Assembly (NCBI GenBank): GCA_964525695.1
Contig: CAZGHW010000007.1
Coordinates: forward strand, 56,384-120,383
Length of the DNA stretch: 64,000 nucleotides
Source of the DNA: an uncultured Rheinheimera sp.
GTDB lineage: Bacteria; Pseudomonadota; Gammaproteobacteria; Enterobacterales; Alteromonadaceae
Reading direction: 5' to 3'
The position numbers and the translations under genes are program-made. The first letter of the stretch is position 1, and each line of letters opens with the position of its first letter. The notes beneath the pieces were generated by a model. The model saw nothing but the letters and a program-made list of their open reading frames with translations, was not told where the DNA came from and made no database searches. Shown one piece after another: positions 53,666 through 62,810 of this stretch.

Positions 53666-55000
53666 TCAGAACATGCCCATCAGGGTGTTAAACATCTGAT
53701 CAGCCGTACTGATCACCTTGGCATTGGCTTCATACAGCTGACGGTAATAACTCAAATTAGCCGCTTCTTCATCCAAATTCACGCCGCTGACGCTGGCGCG
53801 GGCCGCCAATGCTTTGTCATTCAGCACCTGGGCGGTTTTCACGCTGGCCTGCACTTGTTTACTCTGAATGGCCACTTTACCAATCAAACCGTCATAGCCA
53901 GCCGCTCCGCCTTTGAGGGCATTAATCACCTGCAGTAAATTGCTGTTGTCACCTTTTCCACCGGCCGGTTGCCAGCCGCCAGCGCCATCGCTGATGCGGC
54001 CGCGAAAGCCCAGTTGGTCCGGGGTCAAGGTTGGATTGATCTGAATACTGCCCAGCGGATCGGCAGCATCAAAGGTAAATAAATGGGCGCCGGCATTGCC
54101 ATTTAAGTCAAAACCTTCCGCCAATTTGCTGTTGACCGAAGTGGCGATATTCTGCACCAGACTGCTGAGGTCTTGCCGGGCAGGCGCGAGCACTTCGGCT
54201 TGTACTTTTAACAAACCGCCTAAGCTACCGCCGGTGGTGGCAGGGACGGCAAACTGCTGGTTATTAAACTGTAAACTGACGCTGGTGCCAGCCACAGTTA
54301 AAGTGGCGGCGCGGTCTGACATCAGCAGCGGCGCACCGTTACTGGTGGCGATCTGAATAGTGCCATCCGCCTGCGGCATCACGTCTAATTGGATAAAACC
54401 GGCCAGTTGCTGCACTGCCCGCTCGCGGTTATCTAACAAAGTCGCAGTATCCTGACCCAGCGCCGTGGCTTTGCTGATACTGCTATTGAGTTCAGCCAGT
54501 TGTTGCAACAAACCATTGCTATTATCAGTGACCGCTTTGATTTCAAAGCCTAATTTTGCCATCTGGCCACTCAAAGCACCGTCCAGTTGTTGTAAATTCT
54601 GCACCATGGCACTGGCAGAGGAAATCACCTGCTGGCGGTAGGCTGGCGACTCAGGTGCCGACAACGAGGCATTAAAAGCTGAATTTAATTTCGCCACTGC
54701 ATCGTTCAGGTTCAGCGAATCTGTACCCAGCACTTGCTCCAGATAACCCAGATAATCCTGATAACTACGGTAATAACCAGTGTCAGACTGCGTGCGCCAG
54801 ATATCTTCGTTCAGGAAGTTATCCACCACCCGCTCGATTTTGTTGATTTTGACGCCATTGAGCGCCCCTTCGCTGGTTTGCAGCACCACCGTCTGACGGC
54901 TATAACCGGCCACTTTGGCGTTGGCGACGTTCTGGCTGACGATATTTAATCCGGCACCGGCGGCATGGAGACCCGAAACCCCGTTTAACAACATGCTCAT
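53666..55000 (-). CDS. flgK: Hook-filament junction protein FlgK
   Basis: 444 aa. N-terminal ...GLNIVSQNVANAKVAGYSRQ and C-terminal ...GVNLDEEAANLSYYRQLYEANAKVISTADQMFNTLMGM. Confidence 0.9.
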   Translation of the reverse strand: MSMLLNGVSGLHAAGAGLNIVSQNVANAKVAGYSRQTVVLQTSEGALNGVKINKIERVVDNFLNEDIWRTQSDTGYYRSYQDYLGYLEQVLGTDSLNLNDAVAKLNSAFNASLSAPESPAYRQQVISSASAMVQNLQQLDGALSGQMAKLGFEIKAVTDNSNGLLQQLAELNSSISKATALGQDTATLLDNRERAVQQLAGFIQLDVMPQADGTIQIATSNGAPLLMSDRAATLTVAGTSVSLQFNNQQFAVPATTGGSLGGLLKVQAEVLAPARQDLSSLVQNIATSVNSKLAEGFDLNGNAGAHLFTFDAADPLGSIQINPTLTPDQLGFRGRISDGAGGWQPAGGKGDNSNLLQVINALKGGAAGYDGLIGKVAIQSKQVQASVKTAQVLNDKALAARASVSGVNLDEEAANLSYYRQLYEANAKVISTADQMFNTLMGMF

Positions 55001-55551
55001 GACATTTTCTCACTATGACGCTGTGGCACCAGCAAAGGCTGACTGAGCGCTCTGCTGCCAAAATCCTGCTGAGCCTCGGCGGGTAATGCTGGCGCAACCG
55101 ATAATTGTGGCGCGACCACAGCTGACTCTGATGGATATAAAGTCACAGCGACAGCTTCGGTTGAAAACTTAAATTGCGCTGCCGAATTATTTTGCAGTTG
55201 ACTACTGGCAGCGGGCGCTTGCTGGTCTGTGGACGCGCTCAATTGCCGGACTATTTGCGCCGCCAGCCCGACCTGGCCCTGACCTGCCATCTGCTGCGCC
55301 AACTGACCGTCGTACATATCACGAAACAGTTGCTGCTCGTTGCTGCTAAACATCCCTTCATCACCGCTGACGGCATCACTGGCAGTGCGCATATTTTTCA
55401 ACACCAGCTGTAAAAACAAGGTTTCAAACTGCTCGGCCGCTTGTTGCAGCGCCTGGGTTTCATTGACATTGGGCGCTACCACTTGCTGTGGATCAAACGC
55501 CAGTTGCTGCTTGCTGCTCATCAGCGCGAGTCCGTCTATGGCTGGCATCAA
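54997..55551 (-). CDS. flgJ: FlgJ, rod-binding domain only (no muramidase domain)
   Basis: 184 aa. Rod-binding motif AAEQFETLFLQLVLKNMR....FRDMYDGQLAQQMAG. The remaining C-terminal ~80 aa, Gln/Ala-rich in part, shows no glycosidase motifs. 4-nt overlaps with flgI and flgK leave no room for a second domain. Confidence 0.7.
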   Translation of the reverse strand: MMPAIDGLALMSSKQQLAFDPQQVVAPNVNETQALQQAAEQFETLFLQLVLKNMRTASDAVSGDEGMFSSNEQQLFRDMYDGQLAQQMAGQGQVGLAAQIVRQLSASTDQQAPAASSQLQNNSAAQFKFSTEAVAVTLYPSESAVVAPQLSVAPALPAEAQQDFGSRALSQPLLVPQRHSEKMS

Positions 55552-56699
55552 ATCACCACCACATCAGCGTCCAGCGCGCCGGCTTTATCCAGTGCCAGTA
55601 AAATCGACATCAGTTCGGTTGGCGTCGCGCCCAGGCTATTGACCGCCTGCACTATGGTATCGAGCGAGGTGCCCTCAGGCCACACCATCATATTGGCGTT
55701 TTGCTGACTGACATCCACCCCGCTGCTCTGGGTTGGCACTGTGCGGCCCTGGCTAAAGGGCAACGGCTGGATAGCCCCTTCCTGCTCGCTGATGGTAATG
55801 GTCAGATTGCCATGACTGACGGCAGCGCGCTTGACCCGCACTTCATCGCTGATCACCACAGTGCCGGTCCGGCTGTTAAACACCACCCGTGGCCGCTGCG
55901 ATCCTTCATCGACCCGGATATCCTGCAACATCGCCATAAAGGTATTGCGACTGTCAGCATCTCGTGGCGCACTGACCACCAGCTTGGCCCAGTTTTCGGC
56001 GCGAGCGACCTTGGGTCCAAACATATCGTTGATGGCTTTCACCACATTGCGGGCGGTTTTGTGATTGGGCTTTTTCAGATTCAGCACCAAATCAGCCTCT
56101 TGTTGCAAAGATTCAACACTGCGCTCAATAATAGCGCCGCCCGGAATAATTCCAGCTGTTGGCACATTGACGGTGACTGACGAGCCATTTTGCCCTTCCG
56201 CTTTAATACCGCCTACCACCAGATTGCCTTGCGCTAGCGCATAAACTTTGCCATCAACACCACGCAGTGGCGTCAGCATCAGACTGCCGCCATGCAAACT
56301 TTTGGCATCGCCCAGCGACATAATGGTGACATCTATCGCTTGCCCCGGACTGCCCATCGGTGGCAAGGTGGCTTGCACTGCCACGGCGGCAACGTTTTTC
56401 GATTTGGGTAAAGTTGTTTCATCCAACTGCACGCCAAACTGTTTCAGCATATTGTTCAGCGACTGGGCGGCAAATTTGACCTGCGCTTTATCGCCAGAAC
56501 CTGGCAAACCAACCACCAGGCCATAACCCACCAGTTGATTATCCCGAATACCCTGAATATCGACGATATCCAGTAAAGGCCGGCTGGCCGCCTGGGCGCC
56601 AGCCAGCACCTGACCGCACAGGCAGCAAAGTGTCAGCAAACTCAAAGCCGCCAGGCGCTGGCCTGTGGCCCAAAGGCGTGTTGTCGCAGATGTCATCAT
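55548..56699 (-). CDS. flgI: P-ring protein FlgI
   Basis: 383 aa. Signal peptide, then ...IQGIRDNQLVGYGLVVGLPGSGD... and ...ALDKAGALDADVVVI. Confidence 0.95.
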   Translation of the reverse strand: MMTSATTRLWATGQRLAALSLLTLCCLCGQVLAGAQAASRPLLDIVDIQGIRDNQLVGYGLVVGLPGSGDKAQVKFAAQSLNNMLKQFGVQLDETTLPKSKNVAAVAVQATLPPMGSPGQAIDVTIMSLGDAKSLHGGSLMLTPLRGVDGKVYALAQGNLVVGGIKAEGQNGSSVTVNVPTAGIIPGGAIIERSVESLQQEADLVLNLKKPNHKTARNVVKAINDMFGPKVARAENWAKLVVSAPRDADSRNTFMAMLQDIRVDEGSQRPRVVFNSRTGTVVISDEVRVKRAAVSHGNLTITISEQEGAIQPLPFSQGRTVPTQSSGVDVSQQNANMMVWPEGTSLDTIVQAVNSLGATPTELMSILLALDKAGALDADVVVI

Positions 56700-56709
56700 T
56701 CGTCGCCTG

Positions 56710-57444
56710 TCAGAAAAAGTTCAAATATGAAGCAAACAATTTGGTCAGCCAGCCCGGCGCTGCACCATCGGCCAGCGTGCCTTTACCGGCATAAGTAATA
56801 CGGGCATCGGCAATCCGCTGGGAAGAAATCCGGTTGGTGACATCAATATCCTCCGGCCTGACCACCCCTTGTAAACGGATATATTCATCGCCCTGATTGA
56901 GCTTGATCCACTTTTCGCCGCGAATGGTTAAAGCGCCATTGCTGGCCACGGCCATCACCCGCACTGTGATAGCACCGCGCAAAAAATTCTGCTGACTGGC
57001 GCTACTTTCACCTTCAAAGTTTTGACCCGCGCCCAGTTGCAAAGCTAAATCCGACACATTGGCGTTGCCTGCCAGCGGCACCGCCATATTGACTTTACTG
57101 CTGCGATCCAGCGCGCTGTCAGCACTTTTGCTCGATTGGGTGCGTTCATCCAGCGACACCGTCAGGATATCGCCGACCCGATAGGCTCTTTTATCAGCGA
57201 ATAAGGTAAACATATAACCATCGTTATACAGACTACCGGCGCTGGCAGGCGGCGCGTCCTGACTGAGCAGTGGTGGCGCGGTACTGTCCCAGTCATCGGC
57301 ATCGGCCAACGGACTGTCCGGCTTGCTGCTGCAAGCCGCCAGCAATAACAAGCTGCAGAGCGCGCCAAACCAGCGGTAGTTTGCTTTGCTGTTGTTGCTG
57401 ACAACATGGCCATCAGCTCTCGCAAAGGGCGATTTTTTCATCAA
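56710..57444 (-). CDS. flgH: L-ring lipoprotein FlgH
   Basis: 244 aa. Lipobox LLAAC. Also ...GDILTVSLDERTQSSK... and ...ISSQRIADARITYAGKG. Confidence 0.9.
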   Translation of the reverse strand: MMKKSPFARADGHVVSNNSKANYRWFGALCSLLLLAACSSKPDSPLADADDWDSTAPPLLSQDAPPASAGSLYNDGYMFTLFADKRAYRVGDILTVSLDERTQSSKSADSALDRSSKVNMAVPLAGNANVSDLALQLGAGQNFEGESSASQQNFLRGAITVRVMAVASNGALTIRGEKWIKLNQGDEYIRLQGVVRPEDIDVTNRISSQRIADARITYAGKGTLADGAAPGWLTKLFASYLNFF

Positions 57445-57463
57445 GGCGTTCCTCGGGCTCGGC

Positions 57464-58249
57464 TTACATGGTCTGGGTGATAAAGTTCAGCATGTCATCC
57501 GCCGCCGATACCACCTTGGCGTTCATTTCATAAGCCCGCTGCACCGCAATCATATTAACCATTTCGTCCACCACACTGACGTTGGAGCCTTCCACTGTGT
57601 ATTGCTGCAACTGACCAAAAGCCTCTTCCCCCGGCACTCCCTCTAATGCTTCGCCTGAGCCAGCGGTGGCGCGGTATAAATTGCCGCCCAGCGCTTCTAA
57701 TCCAGCCGGATTAACGAAGCTCACGGTCAGAATTTGACCTAATTGCAATAATTCATCCTGACCGGCAATTTGCGCCGACACAGTGCCATCAGTGCCGATA
57801 GTGACCTTAGTCGCTTCCGGCGGAATGGTGATATTCTGCGCCAGCGGCAAGCCATTGCCATTGGTCAGCAGACCATCGGCATTGACATGAAACTGGCCGT
57901 TGCGCGAATACAACATCTCGCCATCCGGGCTTTCAATCTGGAAAAAACCCTGCCCGGTAATCGCGACGTCTAGCTGATTATTGGTGGTTTCAAAACTGCC
58001 TTCGGTAAAAACTTTCTGCGTGCCATTGACCCGCACGCCAGTGCCGACCTGGATGCCAGCCGGCACCTGGTTCAGTTCATCGGCCTGGGTGCCAGGCTGA
58101 CGCTGCACCTGATAAAATAAGTCTTCAAACACCACCCGATCTTTTTTAAAACCAACGGTATTGACGTTGGCCAGGTTGTTGGAAATGGTGGTCATCCGCA
58201 TATCCTGCGCCGCCAGACCGGTTTTACTGACCCATAATGCTGAATTCAT
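57464..58249 (-). CDS. flgG: Distal rod protein FlgG
   Basis: 261 aa. MNSALWVSKTGLAAQDMRMTTISNNLANVNTVGFK... and ...NVSVVDEMVNMIAVQRAYEMNAKVV. Confidence 0.95.
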   Translation of the reverse strand: MNSALWVSKTGLAAQDMRMTTISNNLANVNTVGFKKDRVVFEDLFYQVQRQPGTQADELNQVPAGIQVGTGVRVNGTQKVFTEGSFETTNNQLDVAITGQGFFQIESPDGEMLYSRNGQFHVNADGLLTNGNGLPLAQNITIPPEATKVTIGTDGTVSAQIAGQDELLQLGQILTVSFVNPAGLEALGGNLYRATAGSGEALEGVPGEEAFGQLQQYTVEGSNVSVVDEMVNMIAVQRAYEMNAKVVSAADDMLNFITQTM

Positions 58250-58262
58250 TGTCGTGACTCCG

Positions 58263-58991
58263 TTAGCCGCTAATCAGTTTATTGCCGGATACCGCCAGCT
58301 CGTCGGCGGTTTTCATCATCTTGAGGTTTAATTCAAACTGTCGGCTGATATTCATGGTGCTGACCATCTCTTCGACCGCATTGACATTGGAGCCTTCCAG
58401 TACGCCACTGCGCACTGTGACCGCTGGATCTTGCTCCAGCGGATTGCCATCTCTGGCTCTGAGTAAGCCATCATCGCCTTTGACCAAGACCACATCGCGG
58501 GCACTCACCAGCTTGATGCGTTCATCCTGCTCAATCACGCCACCACCGACCGGCAGCAGATTGAGGGTGCCATCGGCGCTGATATCGATATCGCCAAATT
58601 CCGGCAACTGAATATCCCCGCCCAGTCCCTGCACGGCATAACCATGCACCGTCAGCCGGCCATCGGCACCGACCTGTAATTCACCGGCTCTGGTATAAGC
58701 TTCGTTGCCATTGGCATCAGATACGGCAATCAGACCTTGCTCACTGACGGCAATATCTAAATCACGACCGGTTTCCATCACGGCACCGGCGCTTAAATCG
58801 GTCGCCACCGGCTGCAACTGCGCCTGAAAGCGGGTGCGAAAACCTTCGCCTGTCACCTGCAGTGCCCGTGCTTGCTCCATATCGGCTTTAAAACCAACGG
58901 TATTGACATTGGCCAGGTTGTTGGCGGTGATGCGCAGCGCGGTTTGCGCCAGTTCAGCGCCAGAAACGGCAGTATGAATTAACCTTTCCAT
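58263..58991 (-). CDS. flgF: Proximal rod protein FlgF
   Basis: 242 aa with axial-protein N- and C-terminal heptads. Located between flgE and flgG. Confidence 0.9.
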   Translation of the reverse strand: MERLIHTAVSGAELAQTALRITANNLANVNTVGFKADMEQARALQVTGEGFRTRFQAQLQPVATDLSAGAVMETGRDLDIAVSEQGLIAVSDANGNEAYTRAGELQVGADGRLTVHGYAVQGLGGDIQLPEFGDIDISADGTLNLLPVGGGVIEQDERIKLVSARDVVLVKGDDGLLRARDGNPLEQDPAVTVRSGVLEGSNVNAVEEMVSTMNISRQFELNLKMMKTADELAVSGNKLISG

Positions 58992-59000
58992 CTGCTACTC

Positions 59001-60338
59001 CTAAACCGCATTAAACAGGATTTGCATCATTTCATCGGCAGTGCTGATGGTTTTGGCATTGGCCTGATAACTTTGCTGGAACGACATTAAATCCACCAAC
59101 TGACCACTGATATCAACATTGGAGCCCATATAAGAGCCCGCCAGCAGCTTGCCAAAACTGCCCTCGCCCGCAGCGCCGATAATGGCAGCCCCGGACTGTT
59201 CACTGGCATACCACATGGTATTGTTGGCGGACTCTAAGCCCTGTGGATTAGCAAAAGACGCCAGCGCAATCTGGCCTTGTAATTTGGTGGCACCATTAGA
59301 AAAGGTCGCCAGCACCTTGCCATCCTCAGCCACAGAGACGCCGCTAAATTCGCCTGAGGTAAAACCATCGGCCTTGTTTTCATATAAACCAAAGGCACTG
59401 CCAAATTGGGTGGATTTGACTAAGTCCAGTTTGATGGACATATCTGCAGCGCCTGGCGGGGTAAACTTCAAGGTAACTTCGCGCAGGTTGAATGGATCAG
59501 ACACATTGTTATCTGGCCCTGGCTGAGGCACAGGTAAATCACCTATTGGCGCTAGCTGGCCTTTATTATCAAATTTTAATGTCAGCGCAGTAGTGTTCAC
59601 CACATTACCCGCGGCATTTTTTGCTTGTACCGTAGTCGTATTGGCTCCTGCAGGCAGCCCGAGCTTTGTTGTATCCAACGGGGCGCCATCCATGTAATAC
59701 AACACCTGCCACTCATTGTCGGCTTTATGATTAAAATACTGCGTCAGGGTATGGCTATTACCAAGTGAATCAAACACTTCGGTTGATTGAGAGTAGTTAA
59801 AAGCAGTGCCATTGGCCGGATCAAATATTGCTGGTGCGGTCGGCAGTGCGATCTTGCCACTAGCTGAATTTAAATTCAGCGAAAAATTAATATTTTCAGT
59901 GGCTTTGGCCGGAATATTGGCCGCTTCAATTTTTAAATCGGTCAACACGCCCGGGATCAGATTACCTCTTTCATCAATACCAAAACCCTGCAGTTTATTG
60001 CCATTGTTATTAATGATATGACGGTCGGCATCTAAGCCAAACTGTCCGGCCTGGGTAAAGGCCATTCGGCCATTTTCCGAGACCACAAAAAAACCTTTGC
60101 CAGTGATCGCCAAATCCAGATTCTGACCGGTTTTGACCAGGTTACCGGTTTTTTCAAAGTTCTCATTCACTGCCGCCACGTTGACGCCGCTGCGCTGGCC
60201 GCCATTGTAAATGGCAGAAAATTCACTACTGGCGGTTTTATAACCGGCGGTACCGGCGTTGGCGATATTGTTACTGGTGACTTCCAACGCCCGCTGAGTC
60301 GAAGACAAACCACTCAGGCCAATGTTAAACATAGACAT
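59001..60338 (-). CDS. flgE: Hook protein FlgE
   Basis: 445 aa. MSMFNIGLSGLSSTQRALEVTSNNIANAGTAGYK... and ...NVDISGQLVDLMSFQQSYQANAKTISTADEMMQIL. Confidence 0.9.
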   Translation of the reverse strand: MSMFNIGLSGLSSTQRALEVTSNNIANAGTAGYKTASSEFSAIYNGGQRSGVNVAAVNENFEKTGNLVKTGQNLDLAITGKGFFVVSENGRMAFTQAGQFGLDADRHIINNNGNKLQGFGIDERGNLIPGVLTDLKIEAANIPAKATENINFSLNLNSASGKIALPTAPAIFDPANGTAFNYSQSTEVFDSLGNSHTLTQYFNHKADNEWQVLYYMDGAPLDTTKLGLPAGANTTTVQAKNAAGNVVNTTALTLKFDNKGQLAPIGDLPVPQPGPDNNVSDPFNLREVTLKFTPPGAADMSIKLDLVKSTQFGSAFGLYENKADGFTSGEFSGVSVAEDGKVLATFSNGATKLQGQIALASFANPQGLESANNTMWYASEQSGAAIIGAAGEGSFGKLLAGSYMGSNVDISGQLVDLMSFQQSYQANAKTISTADEMMQILFNAV

Positions 60339-60349
60339 AACGACATCCT

Positions 60350-61042
60350 TTAACTTTGTGTTGCCTTCGACAACTGATTGATATCAAACAAGTAGTGATT
60401 ACCGAGGCCATTCACCTGCAAAATGATGTCATCTGGTCCGGCACCCACCGAGACCCGCTCCACCTCATTGGTCAGGTAAGTCGGCACCGCCTGACTGCCC
60501 TGACTGGTGCGCACTTCCGCCTGCACCCGGTAAGCGCCGGCCTCTTGTGGCGGGAACGCAAAACGCACAGTACCAATGGCTGGATTTTCCACCTTCAGCT
60601 GTTCGACCAGCTCGCCTTTAGCGTCATAAAGCCGTAGCGTCAGTTGTTCTGTTTTAGCGCCCAGATTGACAGCACCGGCCACGGCGGCTGTGGTTTCCAG
60701 TGACAGGGTATCGGCTTTGACATCAACTTTTTGTCCGACCAGGCTGGTTGCTTCCATCGCCTGCAAACTTTTCATATAACCCAGCTGCTGCGACGATTGC
60801 AGGCTGATTTTTTCCAGGCTCTCCACACTGCTAAATTCGGCCAATTGGCTGACATATTGGGTGCCATCCATTGGATTAAGCGGATTCTGATGGCTGATTT
60901 GCGCCACCAGCAGCTCCAGAAACATACTGGACATGCCAGCCGCATCCGACTTGCCATTGGCGGCAATCGCCTGACTGGCACCGGCTTGTTGCGCCGCAGT
61001 TTGGGCGCTATTGAGTGGATTAAGCGAATTCATCACAGACAT
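60350..61042 (-). CDS. flgD: Hook cap protein FlgD
   Basis: ATG 61042 follows AAGGAG. ...MFLELLVAQISHQNPLNPMDGTQYVSQLAEFSSVE... is typical of FlgD. Confidence 0.85.
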   Translation of the reverse strand: MSVMNSLNPLNSAQTAAQQAGASQAIAANGKSDAAGMSSMFLELLVAQISHQNPLNPMDGTQYVSQLAEFSSVESLEKISLQSSQQLGYMKSLQAMEATSLVGQKVDVKADTLSLETTAAVAGAVNLGAKTEQLTLRLYDAKGELVEQLKVENPAIGTVRFAFPPQEAGAYRVQAEVRTSQGSQAVPTYLTNEVERVSVGAGPDDIILQVNGLGNHYLFDINQLSKATQS

Positions 61043-61052
61043 CAGGCGCTCC

Positions 61053-61469
61053 TTATTGGCCAAGTTTCAGCAGGCTTTGCTGCATGCTGGACACCCGGTT
61101 CATCACTTCGACCGAGGTTTGAAAAGCGCGGGATGCCGACATCATGTCTGCCATCTCGGCCACCGGATTGACGTTGGAATAAAACACGTAGCCATCGGCA
61201 TTGGCGAGTGGGCTATTGGGTTCATAACGGCTTTCGACAGTGCGGTCCGACTGCACCACACCAAGGGTTTGCACCTGGGCTGATAAACTGGCGTCATCAA
61301 AACTCTGGCTGTACAGCGCCGAAAACACCGGCTTAATTGCCTTGTAGGCTTCAGCTTCGCTGGAGGCGGCGGTATCGGCATTGGCCAGATTGGAAGCCAC
61401 CGTATCCAGCCGCATCACCTGCGCCCGCATGGCGCTACCGCCGATGTCATAAATGGCAGAAAAAGACAT
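61053..61469 (-). CDS. flgC: Proximal rod protein FlgC
   Basis: 138 aa. ...RLDTVASNLANADT... and ...VNPVAEMADMMSASRAFQTSVEVMN. Confidence 0.95.
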   Translation of the reverse strand: MSFSAIYDIGGSAMRAQVMRLDTVASNLANADTAASSEAEAYKAIKPVFSALYSQSFDDASLSAQVQTLGVVQSDRTVESRYEPNSPLANADGYVFYSNVNPVAEMADMMSASRAFQTSVEVMNRVSSMQQSLLKLGQ

Positions 61470-61471
61470 CG

Positions 61472-61855
61472 TTAATCTCCTTTGATGGCTTTATGTAAGC
61501 CACTGATTTTCATGTTTAAAAAGGTCAGACTGGTTTGGAAGTCCATGCTGTTGGCAGCAAAATTAGCCTGTTCCACGCTCAGTTCAGCAGTATTACCATC
61601 CATCGACGGTTGAAACGGGATGCGGTATTTTTGTTCGGCTCTCACATCAGCATCGGTCAGCACCATGCCGTCGCGGCTATCCCGGCTCGTTAAATTGCTT
61701 TCGACTTGCTGCAAAATCCGGCCATAATCCAGATCGCGCGCCAGAAAACCTGGTGTGTCGACATTGGCCAGATTGCCTGAGATAATCTCAGCTCTGTCAA
61801 GCCGCAGTTGTAATGAAAACGGATGCACGCCTAAGGCTTTATCAAACATATCCAT
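61472..61855 (-). CDS. flgB: Proximal rod protein FlgB
   Basis: 127 aa. ...RAEIISGNLANVDTPGF.. First gene of the flg operon. Confidence 0.9.
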   Translation of the reverse strand: MDMFDKALGVHPFSLQLRLDRAEIISGNLANVDTPGFLARDLDYGRILQQVESNLTSRDSRDGMVLTDADVRAEQKYRIPFQPSMDGNTAELSVEQANFAANSMDFQTSLTFLNMKISGLHKAIKGD

Positions 61856-61892
61856 CTTGGTTCCCGCTTCGTCATCGTCAGTAGCTGGGTAC

Positions 61893-61908
61893 TACAAGAA
61901 TAGTGCCA
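61893..61908 (-). promoter_or_regulatory. Sigma-54 promoter for flgBCDEFGHIJKL
   Basis: Minus strand TGGCAC-TATTC-TTGTA. The -24 element is perfect; the -12 reads TTGT instead of TTGC. It ends about 38 nt upstream of the flgB ATG. Confidence 0.5.
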
Positions 61909-61931
61909 TCCATAAAAGGCTTTATTATTGA

Positions 61932-62708
61932 ATGATTTACCTTATATTTAACTTAGCAAAAACCAGCAAAGCGGAAGCTAAACTTCCGCGGCGGAATAGT
62001 GGCAACTTCCGCCATTGGCTGTGGTTATTGTGCTTATTGTCATGGCCTGGAGCGGCCAGTATTGCCGAACAAGTCCGGGCCCATATCAGTGCTGAAATCC
62101 AGCAGTACGGCCAGGGCGCGGGATTTAACGCTGTGCCCAAACAGCAGATTGAAGTCAAACTGCCGGCGGGCCTGAGCGGGAAAAAAAACTGTGGCAAGCT
62201 ACAGATCAGCCGCAGTAACCCACAACAAGCGCCCTGGGGTCGGCTTAGTTATACCTTGCGCTGTCAGGAGGCTGGTCAACACTGGCAAAGCCGTGCCAGT
62301 GCCAAAGTCAGTGTGTGGCTACCCTTAGTTGTCGCCAGCCGCAGTATTGGCAAAGATGAATTGATCAGCCCTGACATGCTAAGTACACGCTTAACTGAAT
62401 TAAGCCACAGCAAACTTGGGCTGACGCTGGATCCAAAGCCGCTAATTGGCATGCAGGCGAAAAAACGCCTGGCGGCTGGCCAACCAATCAGTCGGCAACT
62501 TCTGACGTCCGCCCTGCTGGTCAGTCGCGGTGAGCAGGTGCTGATCACGGTGCAAAGTGGCGGCTTTAGTGCCAGCACCAAGGGGTTGGCACTGGCCGAT
62601 GGTCGTTATGGTGAGCGCATTAAAGTGCAGAATTTAACTTCGGGCACTGTGCTTGAAGCCAAAGTGGTGGCAGAAGCCACAGTACAAACAATTTTAAAAT
62701 CAGATTAA
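61932..62708 (+). CDS. flgA: P-ring assembly chaperone FlgA
   Basis: 258 aa. Signal-like ...WLWLLCLLSWPGAASIA and a C-terminal SAF domain ...GEQVLITVQSGGFSASTKGLALADGRYGERIKVQNLTSG. The start is uncertain because the first 27 codons overlap the candidate enhancer. Confidence 0.8.
   Translation: MIYLIFNLAKTSKAEAKLPRRNSGNFRHWLWLLCLLSWPGAASIAEQVRAHISAEIQQYGQGAGFNAVPKQQIEVKLPAGLSGKKNCGKLQISRSNPQQAPWGRLSYTLRCQEAGQHWQSRASAKVSVWLPLVVASRSIGKDELISPDMLSTRLTELSHSKLGLTLDPKPLIGMQAKKRLAAGQPISRQLLTSALLVSRGEQVLITVQSGGFSASTKGLALADGRYGERIKVQNLTSGTVLEAKVVAEATVQTILKSD
61971..62012. promoter_or_regulatory. Candidate enhancer (UAS) for the sigma-54 activator, site B
   Basis: GCGGAAG-CTAAA-CTTCCGC (perfect 7-N5-7, 61971-61989), then GCGGAA-N8-ACTTCCGC (61991-62012). 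Its centre is about 100 nt upstream of the predicted flgB start site. Confidence 0.4.
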
Positions 62709-62732
62709 AGTTTGTCAGCAAAGCGGTCGCTT
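62706..62732 (+). promoter_or_regulatory. Sigma-28-like promoter for flgMN with a non-canonical -10
   Basis: TAAAGTTT (8/8 to the sigma-28 -35 consensus)-N11-GGTCGCTT, about 80 nt upstream of the flgM ATG. It overlaps the flgA stop codon. Confidence 0.45.
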
Positions 62733-62810
62733 CCTTTTACTAACAGCAGATGCAATTGACAGACAACAGCCCCGCCTTGGACGGGCTAGCAGCAGCGACA
62801 GGACTTTCAG

